Shown: one piece after another, positions 20,441-30,505 of the stretch
Position numbering within the stretch: the stretch's first letter is position 1
Layout: each line of letters starts with the position of its first letter
Assembly (NCBI GenBank): GCA_963674695.2
Contig: CAXXGI010000001.1
Span: 576,001 to 640,000 of the forward strand
Direction of reading: 5' to 3'
DNA length: 64,000 nt
From: a bacterium
Lineage (GTDB): Bacteria > UBA10199 > 2-02-FULL-44-16 > JAAZCA01
Notes under the pieces: model-generated
Seen by the model: only the letters and a program-made list of their open reading frames with translations
What the model was told of the DNA's origin: nothing
The model's database searches: none
Translations under genes and position numbers: made by a program

Positions 20441-21430
20441 ATGGAGACCTACATGGACCGCTACCCCAAACCGCAGCTGGTCGTCAGCAAATGCCTCGGA
20501 TTTGCTGACTGTCGTTGGAACGGCATCGCGATTTCCTCAACCGTCGTCGAAAAGCTTGAGCCCTTCGTCACGTTTCATCCGGTCTGCCCGGAAATGGAAA
20601 TCGGTTTGGGTGTACCGCGAAAGCCGATTCGCATCGTACTCAAAAAGGAGCGACGCCTTCTGTTGCAATCGATAAACGAGATGGATGTCACCGAACGCAT
20701 GGAGCGTTTCTGCTCGCAGTTTCTCGACGGCCTCACGGGAAAACCTCTCGACGGCTTCATCCTCAAAGGACGCAGCCCCTCCTGCGGCATCAAGGACGTC
20801 AAACTCTACCCCCGCCTGGGCAAAGTCGCCGCGCTCTCGGGAAAGGCAAAGGGGTTCTTCGGCAGCGCGGTCCTGAAACGCTTTCCGCTGCTGGCCGTCG
20901 AGGATGAGGGGCGGCTGACGAGCTTCCAGATCCGCGAACATTTTCTGACCCAAGTCTTCGCGCTCGCGAGGCTGCGCGAATTTCTCGAACACCCCACGCC
21001 GGCAGGGCTGGTGGAGTTTCAGGCACGTCACAAACTCCTGCTCATGGGATATAACCAATCGAAGATGCGCGAGTTGGGGCGCATCGTTGCCAACCACGAA
21101 CAGCATCCCTTCGATCGCGTCTGTTCGGCTTTTGCCGATGGATTCCGTCTGGCCATCTCCAAGGCGCCGCGCACGAGATCAAACGTGAACGTCCTGATGC
21201 ACGCGCTCGGTCACTTCTCGGAAGGACTCGGAGCCCCCGAGAAAGCGCACTTCCTCGGTGAACTCGAAAGGTTTCGCGCGGGGCATACACCGCTTTCGGT
21301 CCCGATCGGCATTATCCGTTCCTTCATCGCCCGCTTCGGCAACGATTACCTCGCCAAACAATACTATTTCGATCCCTATCCCGAATCACTCGTCGAAATC
21401 ACCGATTCCGGAAAAGGACGCAGCTGGTAG
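20441..21430 (+). CDS. DUF523-DUF1722 fusion (YbgA family; TudS/RudS-like thiouridine desulfidase)
   Basis: VSKCLG..CRWNG, VCPEMEIGLGVPRKPI, FILKGRSPSCG, EDEGRL, FQARHKLLLM, NVLMHALGHFS, YLAKQYYFDPYP. Confidence 0.88.
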   Translation: METYMDRYPKPQLVVSKCLGFADCRWNGIAISSTVVEKLEPFVTFHPVCPEMEIGLGVPRKPIRIVLKKERRLLLQSINEMDVTERMERFCSQFLDGLTGKPLDGFILKGRSPSCGIKDVKLYPRLGKVAALSGKAKGFFGSAVLKRFPLLAVEDEGRLTSFQIREHFLTQVFALARLREFLEHPTPAGLVEFQARHKLLLMGYNQSKMRELGRIVANHEQHPFDRVCSAFADGFRLAISKAPRTRSNVNVLMHALGHFSEGLGAPEKAHFLGELERFRAGHTPLSVPIGIIRSFIARFGNDYLAKQYYFDPYPESLVEITDSGKGRSW

Positions 21431-21438
21431 GTTTTTTC

Positions 21439-22803
<1,365 letters not shown>

Positions 22804-22887
22804 ATCGAACATTGACGCGATGGGGTGATATGATATGCAAAATCATCGATCTCACACCATGTATCCCCACCCGAACGGAGTTTTGCG

Positions 22888-23898
22888 ATGCCACATTCAA
22901 AAAAGGCCATTCTTTCGCCCTCCTCCGAAGGAGAATCGATCGATGCGATCCCCGTCGGGGAGTTCGGCGGCATCGAGCCGACCGAAAAGGATATGGGGCT
23001 GGTCCAGTTCACGCTCGATAAGGGCGTGCGCACGACGGTGGTAGGCACGGTCTATGGCCTCGACTTCGAAATCGAAAATGAGGGCTATCGCGTCCGTATC
23101 TTCTTCGACTACTACAATAAGCGTTTGAAGGTCCTCGACTACGATGCCGAGAACTACTCCGCACTCGTCACGCGACTGTCCTGGCTGGCCGAACACAACC
23201 AGTTCGACAAAATCTTCTTGAAGGCCCACGAATCCGACTTTCAGCAGTTTCTCTCGCACGGATATCTGATGGAGGGAATCCTGCGCTACTACTTCCAGGG
23301 AAAGGACGCCTATATCCTCTCGCGCTTCTCCTCGGAAGCGCGCGTCACCAGCGATCACGTCATCGAAGAGGCACAGATGATCGAGGAGCTGATGTGCCAC
23401 ACCGAACACATCGAGCGCCGCCCGCTCGATCCAACGATCACGATCCGGCGTGCAACCCCCGAAGACATTCCACAGCTCATCCTCATCTATCGCAGCGTCT
23501 TTGACACCTATCCGTCGCCGCTGACAAACCCCGACTACATCAAGTCGACGATGGAGCGAAACGTCATCTATCGCATCGCTTTTGAGAATGAGCAGGCGAT
23601 CGCTGCCGCCAGCGCCGAGATCACCGATCGCCATTCCAACGCCGAGGTGACCGACTGCGCCACCACCCCCGAGGCACAGGGCAAGGGCATCATGCAGCAC
23701 TTGATCGCTGCACTCGAGGACGACTTGCGCGAACGCAAGATCAGGACGGCCTACACGTTGGCGCGCGCCTTGAGTATCGGCATGAACCGCTCGTTCTATC
23801 GTCTGGGGTATGAGTTCTGCGGAAGACTCATCAACAACTGCGACATCTTCGGCAAGTTCGAGGACATGAACATCTGGGTCAAGCGGCTGGCGCGATAG
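22888..23898 (+). CDS. Putative beta-lysine N-acetyltransferase (AblB-like GNAT)
   Basis: DYYNKRLK, VFDTYPSPL.NPDYI, NAEVTDCATTPEAQGKG, TAYTLARALSIGMN, GRLINNCDI...FEDMNIWVK. Confidence 0.85.
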   Translation: MPHSKKAILSPSSEGESIDAIPVGEFGGIEPTEKDMGLVQFTLDKGVRTTVVGTVYGLDFEIENEGYRVRIFFDYYNKRLKVLDYDAENYSALVTRLSWLAEHNQFDKIFLKAHESDFQQFLSHGYLMEGILRYYFQGKDAYILSRFSSEARVTSDHVIEEAQMIEELMCHTEHIERRPLDPTITIRRATPEDIPQLILIYRSVFDTYPSPLTNPDYIKSTMERNVIYRIAFENEQAIAAASAEITDRHSNAEVTDCATTPEAQGKGIMQHLIAALEDDLRERKIRTAYTLARALSIGMNRSFYRLGYEFCGRLINNCDIFGKFEDMNIWVKRLAR

Positions 23899-24127
23899 CG
23901 CTTCGCTCTCACTCATTGCCCTCACAAATTTCGTCATCAATTCCACTCAATCAGAATGCAATCGTGATTGTTTCAGCGAGGAGCGCGGCCTCCTCCCCGC
24001 CCACTTTGCACTGTCCGGTCAGGACGATGAGCTCGAATGATCTCATAATCGTCATCTCCGAACAGAGAAAAATATATCATTGAATATCATACAGTTATAA
24101 ACTACCCCTCCCATAACGAAAAAAAGC

Positions 24128-24154
24128 GCAACTTTTTTGCGCCTCATGCGATAA
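24128..24154 (+). promoter_or_regulatory. Sigma28-like promoter
   Basis: GCAACTTT-N11-TGCGATAA upstream of 24200. Confidence 0.6.
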
Positions 24155-24199
24155 CGAATGGGTTCGATTCATATCCGACAATAGACCTGGAGGAAAGCG

Positions 24200-25510
24200 A
24201 TGAATATGTTGGCACAGGGCGCAATGCCCTTCGTGGGCACCCCCTTTATCGATCCCGCAGGGAATGATTTGAATTTAATGTTCACCGCAGAGCCGGGCAC
24301 GGGAGCGACCGACGATCCGAGTGCAAACAACGATGCGTTTGCAATGGACGATCCGTATCCGACCCCACCGCCGAATGCCGAGCGGATGGCCGACTGGCGG
24401 TGGTGGAAACCATGGAATGTTGACGAGACGACCGAACGACAGATCGCGGATGTCTTTGAAGCCAACGCCCCGATCGAAGAGCGGCTCTGGGACGGCTTCC
24501 GGGTGTTGTCCCACCGCCGATATGCGGATGTCGTTCAGCGCAGCGGCGTCGAAAAAACGCTCGGTGCGATCGACGGCGCCCGCGACGACTTCACCTTTCT
24601 GGGCCATCCCATGATGAATGCAGAGGATCTCGCAGCAGCGAGCGAATCCTACTTCGCCCTCTTCCCTCCCTCCATCCGAGAGCAGGTCCCCGGCAGGACG
24701 ATCGCCGATTTCAACCGCGCCTTCAAACTTCATATCGCGGAGATGAAGGCAAGGAACGAGGCGGTCGATCCCCTCGCTATGTGGAAAACCATGAGGGAAT
24801 TCGACAAGATCCAGCGTTCGCAGCATCATAGCGGGCTCCTCTACAGCGATGGCACCATCTGGCTCGCCCCCCTCTTGCGCGATGTCCCCAACGGCATCGG
24901 CCTCATCAATGTCCTCACACATGAAGCCGCCGGCCACGACGCCGCCGCACGCGGCGCCAACGGCGCCATTGCATCCGCCCTCCTGTATCTCGGGAGCAAC
25001 ACCGCATTGAATATTGTACGCGCTCTCCTGGACCCCACGACCCCGCTGTCAAACCGCCTTCTGACCTATCTCGTCGAGGGCGAGGCGATCGGCGCCGAGT
25101 GGGAGTACATCCATCGCATTCCCGCCGACATGCGCACGCAACTCATGGAGGCGATCGCCGATTCGATGGAGGAGAAAGAACGCACGCTCCTCAACGAGAA
25201 GGGCTGGATCCCGCGCCGAGCGCTCGACGCCCTCGGCCTCGAGAAGGGAAGCGCCGAGCGCGTCCGTGCGCTCTACCGCGCCGGAGCCTACCAGCACCTG
25301 GCGCTCGCAGATCGAAAGAAGGGGGCCTATATCCGCCGCGTCCGAAAGATGGGCGGTTACTCTCCGCTTCGCATGCTCTGGGAACCGACGCGCCGCGACT
25401 GGTATGTCTCCTCGATGGAGGGGCTCACCAAGAGTTTTTGGCAGAAGCGCATCGGCTATGCCGCCAAGCTCTCGGCCTTTGCCTATCTCCTCTCGCAGGT
25501 CGTCGGATAA
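24200..25510 (+). CDS. Hypothetical protein with possible zincin-like motif
   Basis: GGAGG RBS; LTHEAAGH followed by EGEAIGAE; hydrophobic C-terminus; no signal peptide. Confidence 0.65.
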   Translation: MNMLAQGAMPFVGTPFIDPAGNDLNLMFTAEPGTGATDDPSANNDAFAMDDPYPTPPPNAERMADWRWWKPWNVDETTERQIADVFEANAPIEERLWDGFRVLSHRRYADVVQRSGVEKTLGAIDGARDDFTFLGHPMMNAEDLAAASESYFALFPPSIREQVPGRTIADFNRAFKLHIAEMKARNEAVDPLAMWKTMREFDKIQRSQHHSGLLYSDGTIWLAPLLRDVPNGIGLINVLTHEAAGHDAAARGANGAIASALLYLGSNTALNIVRALLDPTTPLSNRLLTYLVEGEAIGAEWEYIHRIPADMRTQLMEAIADSMEEKERTLLNEKGWIPRRALDALGLEKGSAERVRALYRAGAYQHLALADRKKGAYIRRVRKMGGYSPLRMLWEPTRRDWYVSSMEGLTKSFWQKRIGYAAKLSAFAYLLSQVVG

Positions 25511-25629
25511 TCCCCGTATCCCCGCTCGACGTGGCAGCCCGCAGAGATATTTGTATTCTCTGAGGTGATGGCGTAGAGTCCCCCCGGTCTGCAGAGATAA
25601 AACCCATCACACCATCCCGGGGGAATACC

Positions 25630-26418
25630 ATGAAGAAATTTCACGTGATCGCATTGAGCCTCATCGCAACAGCGGCAATCACCGTCGGCGTTTTCATTGG
25701 TTGCGGTAGCAGCGGCTCGACGCCCACGCCGACGCCGACGCCCGGCACTGTCACCGCTTTGAAAATCACCAACACCGGCTCATCCTCCGTCATCATCGGT
25801 TTTGTCAGTGCCGCCGTCGGCGGCGCCTGCCCCACATCGACGACCATCCTGACAGCGGAGGAGCTCCACAACGCGGGATGGTGCACCGACTACGAAGCGG
25901 GCGTAAACGGCGCGGGGAAATGCCTCAAGACCCTGGGGGCCGCCGGAAGTGCAACCGCCTCGACCACCGTTCCCAATCCGGACAACAAGTGCATCTCCGG
26001 AAACTTCGGGGCCGGCGGATTCGCATCCTGCCAGACGGTGGAATATCCCCACGGATGGACGCAGGGCGAGTTCACGCTCAACCCGACCGCAACCACGCAG
26101 GAGGCGATCGACATCAGCGGTGTGAACGGCATCAACTATGCGGTCTCCATCGTCGTGGGCAGCGGCTGGTATTATGAGGACGGCACGACCATCGCAGATG
26201 GCGGAACCGTCGGCCCGAACGGTGCGCTCAATGACAACATCGGCGTCAAGGGCGTCTACCCCAACAGCTGCACCGACTGCATTCAACTGGTCGGCACGAT
26301 CCCCTGCGAGGGCCTCTCCTCGCTCCCGCCCACCTGCCAGGCCAGCCGCGTCTGCAACGTCCAGCGCGATGTCACCTTCGGCGGCACGGTCGAATTCCAG
26401 ATCGGCGAGGTGTTGTAG
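25630..26418 (+). CDS. Cys-rich lipoprotein with thaumatin-like core motif
   Basis: Lipobox FIGC; PT linker; TQGEFTLN...IDISGVNGINYAVSI resembles the thaumatin TLAEFTL...YDISLVDGFNxPM signature. Confidence 0.65.
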   Translation: MKKFHVIALSLIATAAITVGVFIGCGSSGSTPTPTPTPGTVTALKITNTGSSSVIIGFVSAAVGGACPTSTTILTAEELHNAGWCTDYEAGVNGAGKCLKTLGAAGSATASTTVPNPDNKCISGNFGAGGFASCQTVEYPHGWTQGEFTLNPTATTQEAIDISGVNGINYAVSIVVGSGWYYEDGTTIADGGTVGPNGALNDNIGVKGVYPNSCTDCIQLVGTIPCEGLSSLPPTCQASRVCNVQRDVTFGGTVEFQIGEVL

Positions 26419-26455
26419 GAAGCTCGGACGTTCGAGTCCATACGAAACACAAGAG

Positions 26456-26493
26456 ATCGGGAGGGTCGAAAAAACGACCCTCTCGATTTTTTT
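26456..26493 (+). terminator. Rho-independent terminator
   Basis: ATCGGGAGGGTCG-AAAAAA-CGACCCTCTCGAT-TTTTTT. Confidence 0.8.
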
Positions 26494-26530
26494 GTGCCCC
26501 TGAAGGAATTATGGTCGAATCTGAGATAAT

Positions 26531-26561
26531 CTTATTACGCAATAATATATTGCGTAATAAG
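26531..26561. promoter_or_regulatory. Perfect 14-bp inverted repeat, probable operator
   Basis: CTTATTACGCAATA-ATA-TATTGCGTAATAAG in an AT-rich patch about 45 nt before the nucleotidyltransferase gene. Confidence 0.7.
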
Positions 26562-26606
26562 CATTATATTATTGCATATTGCACTCACTTCCCGTACCCT
26601 TTCCCT

Positions 26607-27161
26607 ATGAACATGAATCGACAGCAACTCCTCGCCTATCTGGGCGAGTTGGGGCGGGTCTATGAGGAGCTCGATGGCCCTCCCATCGAATTGGGGATCT
26701 GCGGTGGAGCAAGTCTCATCCTGACGAATTTGATCGATCGGGCCACCAAGGATATCGATATCCTCTTTCCCACCCCATGGCCAAATGAGTTAACGGAGGC
26801 GGCGCGAATCGTGTCACGCCTCTTCGGACTTCCCGAAGACTGGATCAATGCAGGCCCCGATGTTATCACCTCGATGGGCCTGCCGGAGAAATTTCGAACG
26901 CGTGCAACGATCATGACATTCGGCTCACGCCTGACCGCTTGTTTCGCCTCTCGATACGATCAAATCTTTTTCAAGGTCTATGCGGCTGCCGACCGCGCTG
27001 GCTATCATGTCGATGACCTTTTGGCATTACATCCCACACCCGAAGAGATTTTGGCAGCGGCAAGATGGTGTCGATCTCACGACACCTCGGATGGATTCAA
27101 GACAATCCTGATCAATATGCTGGAGCAATTGGGTTATGGCGAAGCCGCACAACAACTCTAG
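26607..27161 (+). CDS. Nucleotidyltransferase (DUF6036/AbiEii-like), putative TA toxin
   Basis: ICGGASL...RATKDIDIL (GG..hxRxTxDhD), WINAGP, KVYAAADR...HVDDL. Confidence 0.78.
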   Translation: MNMNRQQLLAYLGELGRVYEELDGPPIELGICGGASLILTNLIDRATKDIDILFPTPWPNELTEAARIVSRLFGLPEDWINAGPDVITSMGLPEKFRTRATIMTFGSRLTACFASRYDQIFFKVYAAADRAGYHVDDLLALHPTPEEILAAARWCRSHDTSDGFKTILINMLEQLGYGEAAQQL

Positions 27162-28236
27162 TCGCGTCCTTCGCGACCGCATTCTCGCGATCATCTGGGC
27201 CCAGTGGAATCGCCTCGGCCTCAACGGCACCGGTGAAAGCAATCATTATTCCGTCGACATCGAATCCGCACTGATCGCCGCTGCGTTTGGCTCACGCCTG
27301 GATGGACGCCTCTTTGAAGGGGTGCGAGCGTGGCTGAATCGCTATGGCGCGCTGGTCAACGGTGAGCGCATGGCAACGCTCACCCGCGATGCAAATGACG
27401 AATGGAGCGCCCGCTTCCTCGGGGCGCTCTTCGAAGGGATCGATCCCGTTCAATGGAAGGGAGTGATCAAGAGGTGCGCTTCATCCCGTTCACCATCGTG
27501 GAAAAGGACGCCCCTGCTGATTCGTTCAGCGAACAAGGGCTGGCGCGACAAAGATCCCATTTGGGAAAAGTGGGGCATCATCGCTGATCGTACATCCCCC
27601 CGACCGAAGATGCAGGACCACAACACCGTCCTTCGACACAACGCCCTCATGCGATACCGCGCGCTCTACGGAACTATCGTTCGCGCCGACGTCTTCTATC
27701 TGCTTTCGGTCCATCACCATTCCCGCACAACGCGAGGATGGAATCTGCCAACGACCGTCAACCTCGCCCACCTGCTCCACTGTCACCCCTCGACCATTCA
27801 CCGCATTCAGAAGGAACTCGAACGGGGTGGATTCATCGAACCGCTTGACGCGAGCCGCAAACGACGTTCATCGACAGGGGCGTGGCCATTGAGAGACCTT
27901 CCTCTCCTCCCGACGGAAGAAGGCGACGACCTCGGAATCGTCGATTGGGTTGGGATCAATTCTCTCCTGCACGACACCTTCACCCTCGCGGCAGAGCTGG
28001 AGACCAATCCGGATGAGGCGATCGCAAAGGTTTCCCTCCAGGATTTTCAGACCCGGAACTTTCCGCTCCTGATCGATCATGGCGTCGTCATCCCCAAGGC
28101 CTCCGGAGTTGCACTCGGACCGCTGGGAACCCACTCCCTCGACGAGCTCGTTGGCATAATCACCAAAGCGCTCGCATCGTTCGTACAGATCATCGGTTGC
28201 AGGGCGATTTCGAATGACGTCATCGAGAAGGCATAA
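27136..28236 (+). CDS. Putative cognate antitoxin/regulator with internal winged HTH
   Basis: Overlaps the NTase gene by 26 nt; LIWAQW..LG start region; TTVNLAHLLHCHPSTIHRIQKELERGGFI HTH-like segment. Confidence 0.6.
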   Translation: MAKPHNNSSRVLRDRILAIIWAQWNRLGLNGTGESNHYSVDIESALIAAAFGSRLDGRLFEGVRAWLNRYGALVNGERMATLTRDANDEWSARFLGALFEGIDPVQWKGVIKRCASSRSPSWKRTPLLIRSANKGWRDKDPIWEKWGIIADRTSPRPKMQDHNTVLRHNALMRYRALYGTIVRADVFYLLSVHHHSRTTRGWNLPTTVNLAHLLHCHPSTIHRIQKELERGGFIEPLDASRKRRSSTGAWPLRDLPLLPTEEGDDLGIVDWVGINSLLHDTFTLAAELETNPDEAIAKVSLQDFQTRNFPLLIDHGVVIPKASGVALGPLGTHSLDELVGIITKALASFVQIIGCRAISNDVIEKA

Positions 28237-28253
28237 CAGGCCAGCGCTTCCAA

Positions 28254-28279
28254 CCCTTCGACTCGTCGCTCAGGGCGGG
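28254..28279. repeat. Short palindromic repeat (CCCTTCGAC..GCTCAGGG type)
   Basis: CCCTTCGACTCGTCGCTCAGGGCGGG just after a stop codon; its GGGC(A/G)GG tail resembles the inserts nested in the REP doublets. Confidence 0.45.
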
Positions 28280-28383
28280 CGGTGCATCGGCAAATGCAAA
28301 ACGGGTGAGCGCTCCTTGAGGGAGCGTCGTTGAATCCAGTTGGTCAAATGGTATTAAAACGACAGACAATAATTCTCAACATT

Positions 28384-29160
28384 ATGAAAAGTATATTTCA
28401 AAATAAAGAGTTCGCTTCTTTTTACAACGAAATGTCCGGCAGATATGGCCAAGCGTATAAGCGATATGTGGTAACGCCAACACTTTTTCGCTTCATCAAA
28501 TCTCTCAAAGGCAAGGCTGTTTTAGAACTTGGATGTGGCAACGGTTTCTGCGCTCAAAAATTCCTGAGAAAGGGTGCAAAAGAAGTCATTCTTTTGGATA
28601 TATCAAAGCATAATTTAGAATATGCAAGGCAATTGGTAGGAGAAAATCCTCGTGTTCGTTATGTGTGTCAAGATGCGACTAAGAAATGGACGGTAAGATC
28701 GGGAACCGTAAAGCTCGTTTATAGCGACATGATGCTCAATGAAGTATCGAACATCAGGACTCCGATTCGGGAGGCATACCGTGTGCTTGCGCCGGGAGGT
28801 TTGTTTCTCGTAGCCGTTACTCATCCTGCGTGGGATCTGTTTGAATATGTAAAGGCCACCTATGGGAACGGGTCACAGATAATCGAAACGCCTATGCCTT
28901 ACTTCGAAAAGGGGTATTCTACATATTTGATGGGTACCGCGAGCCAGAGACCAAAGCCAGGGTGCGAATATAAGAAAACGTACAAGGTAGAACATTACCA
29001 ACGCACCATTCAGGACTATCATCATGAATTTCGAAGTGCAGGTTTTGTAGTTGATCGTATTCTAGAACCAAAATGTACAAAAAAATTACTGCTCGAGTTT
29101 GAAGGGTATAAGGATTTGAGTGAACATCCTATCTCGCTTTTATTCATCATGCGTAAATAG
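28384..29160 (+). CDS. Class I SAM-dependent methyltransferase (low GC)
   Basis: VLELGCGNG, LDISK, QDAT, EAYRVLAPGG, VTHP; markedly AT-richer than the flanks. Confidence 0.88.
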   Translation: MKSIFQNKEFASFYNEMSGRYGQAYKRYVVTPTLFRFIKSLKGKAVLELGCGNGFCAQKFLRKGAKEVILLDISKHNLEYARQLVGENPRVRYVCQDATKKWTVRSGTVKLVYSDMMLNEVSNIRTPIREAYRVLAPGGLFLVAVTHPAWDLFEYVKATYGNGSQIIETPMPYFEKGYSTYLMGTASQRPKPGCEYKKTYKVEHYQRTIQDYHHEFRSAGFVVDRILEPKCTKKLLLEFEGYKDLSEHPISLLFIMRK

Positions 29161-29213
29161 ATCGTCTCACAGGTCGTCGAACCAGCCGCCTGACGGCGGC
29201 GCTTCTCGCCACC

Positions 29214-29272
29214 GGGAGCGCAAAAGAGAACGGGGTGGCCAGAATGGCCACCCCGTTCTCTTTTGCGCTCCC
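29214..29272. terminator. 28-bp perfect hairpin overlapping the tRNA 3' end (terminator-like)
   Basis: GGGAGCGCAAAAGAGAACGGGGTGGCCA-GAA-TGGCCACCCCGTTCTCTTTTGCGCTCCC. Confidence 0.75.
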
Positions 29273-29338
29273 AACGGGACTCGAACCCGTGTTTCAGCCT
29301 TGAGAGGGCTGCGTCCTAGACCGCTAGACCATGGGAGC
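29266..29338 (-). tRNA. tRNA-Glu (anticodon CUC), CCA not encoded
   Basis: Minus strand GCTCCCA TGGTCTAGCGGTCTAGGACG CAGCC-CTCTCAA-GGCTG AAAC ACGGG-TTCGAGT-CCCGT TGGGAGC G, followed by CAA. Confidence 0.95.
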
Positions 29339-29594
29339 CGTGAGCGAACATCTTCTCTTCAATTATCATCTGCTCTGCAACAACAAGACCGCTAGGCCAT
29401 GAGAGCACTGAGCGAGCGGCGTACCTAACAGAAAGCCTGCCCACAGGCAAGGCGAATATATGACAAGAAGATCATAAGGTTAGATCACATCCGACTGCAA
29501 AAACACGCTGAGTGTCGATGAATCGGGTGGCTGCGCCTTGCCGGGAATCGGCGGGGTACCCATCGCGAACGGGCGAGCTGCCTTCACGGATGGG

Positions 29595-29740
29595 GAGCCT
29601 TCATGCGAAGGAGATGTTCGGGGATCTCTTCTTTCATCGCAATCGAAGCCTTTGATGATGCGATGAAAGAAGAAAAAGCCGTCGAGGCGGCGTATGAGCC
29701 GAGACGGCGGTCCCCGAACATCTCCTTCGCATGAAGGCTC
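29595..29740. mobile_element. MITE-like element with 30-bp perfect inverted repeats
   Basis: GAGCCTTCATGCGAAGGAGATGTTCGGGGA (29595-29624) and its exact reverse complement at 29711-29740; 86-nt non-coding core. Confidence 0.6.
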
Positions 29741-29807
29741 ACTGCCTTGCCCCCCGATGTTTTTCCCCTTCCCTTCCGCGCCGAAACCCGCTAAAAGCGC
29801 GGACTTC

Positions 29808-30416
29808 ATGAGCCCCTTGCTTCCCAAACCTGCGCTGCTCCTCATCGGCCCGACCGGCGCCGGAAAGTCGCCGCTGGGCACGGCCCTGGAAGCACGCGAT
29901 GACTGGGCCCACTTCGACTTCGGCGCACACCTGCGCGCGATCGAAACGGGTGAGGAGAAGCATGGGCTCAGCGATTCCGACCGTCGCTTCGTGTGCGAGC
30001 TCATCGCGAGCCACGCCCTCTTTCCGAGCGATCGTTTCGACATCGTCGCGCAGATTCTGACCGATTTTTTGGGAAAGAAGGCCGACGCCCCTGGCGTAGT
30101 CCTCAACGGTCTGCCGCGCACGATCGATCAGGCCGAGCGCATCGCGCCCTATCTCGACGTTCAGAGAATCGTCGTCCTGAATTGCCGACCGGAGGTGATC
30201 GCCGAGCGGATCCTGCGCCGCAAGCAGGGGCTCACCAGCGATCATGCGAATCGCAGCGATGACACCCCGCCGGCCATTCGAAAAAAGGTGGAGATCTATC
30301 AGACGCAAACCGCGCCGCTCATCGAACACTACGAACGCGCGGGGATCAAAAAAACCGTCGTCCCCGTAGAAACGGAGACGACGGAAGAAAACCTCGTTCA
30401 CGCCATCCTGAAATAA
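29808..30416 (+). CDS. Adenylate kinase-like nucleoside monophosphate kinase
   Basis: LIGPTGAGKS, FDFGAHLR, LNGLPRTIDQA, RSDDTP..I.KK...Y..QTAPLIEHY; short LID; divergent. Confidence 0.8.
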   Translation: MSPLLPKPALLLIGPTGAGKSPLGTALEARDDWAHFDFGAHLRAIETGEEKHGLSDSDRRFVCELIASHALFPSDRFDIVAQILTDFLGKKADAPGVVLNGLPRTIDQAERIAPYLDVQRIVVLNCRPEVIAERILRRKQGLTSDHANRSDDTPPAIRKKVEIYQTQTAPLIEHYERAGIKKTVVPVETETTEENLVHAILK

Positions 30417-30430
30417 AGAAGAGCCCATCT

Positions 30431-30488
30431 GGATTCCCGCTTACGCTTGCCCTCGAGCGATTGAATCGGGGGTCACGCGGGAATGACA
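30431..30488. repeat. REP-like single unit with nested insert
   Basis: GGATTCCCGCTTAC[GCTTGCCCTCGAGCGATTGAATCGGGGG]TCACGCGGGAATGACA; the insert is a near reverse complement of the 16372 insert. Confidence 0.8.
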
Positions 30489-30505
30489 GACGAAACGCGC
30501 CTCCC

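Noticed and set aside
25540-25615. GGTGATGG leader before the thaumatin-like gene as a fluoride riboswitch
   Set aside because: Lacks the rest of the consensus and the pseudoknot partner; the downstream gene is not fluoride-related. It looks like a simple hairpin.
26421-26445. GTTCGAGTCC as an att-site duplicate of the tRNA-Glu 3' end
   Set aside because: Only 10 nt, in the opposite orientation to the tRNA, and no integrase nearby.
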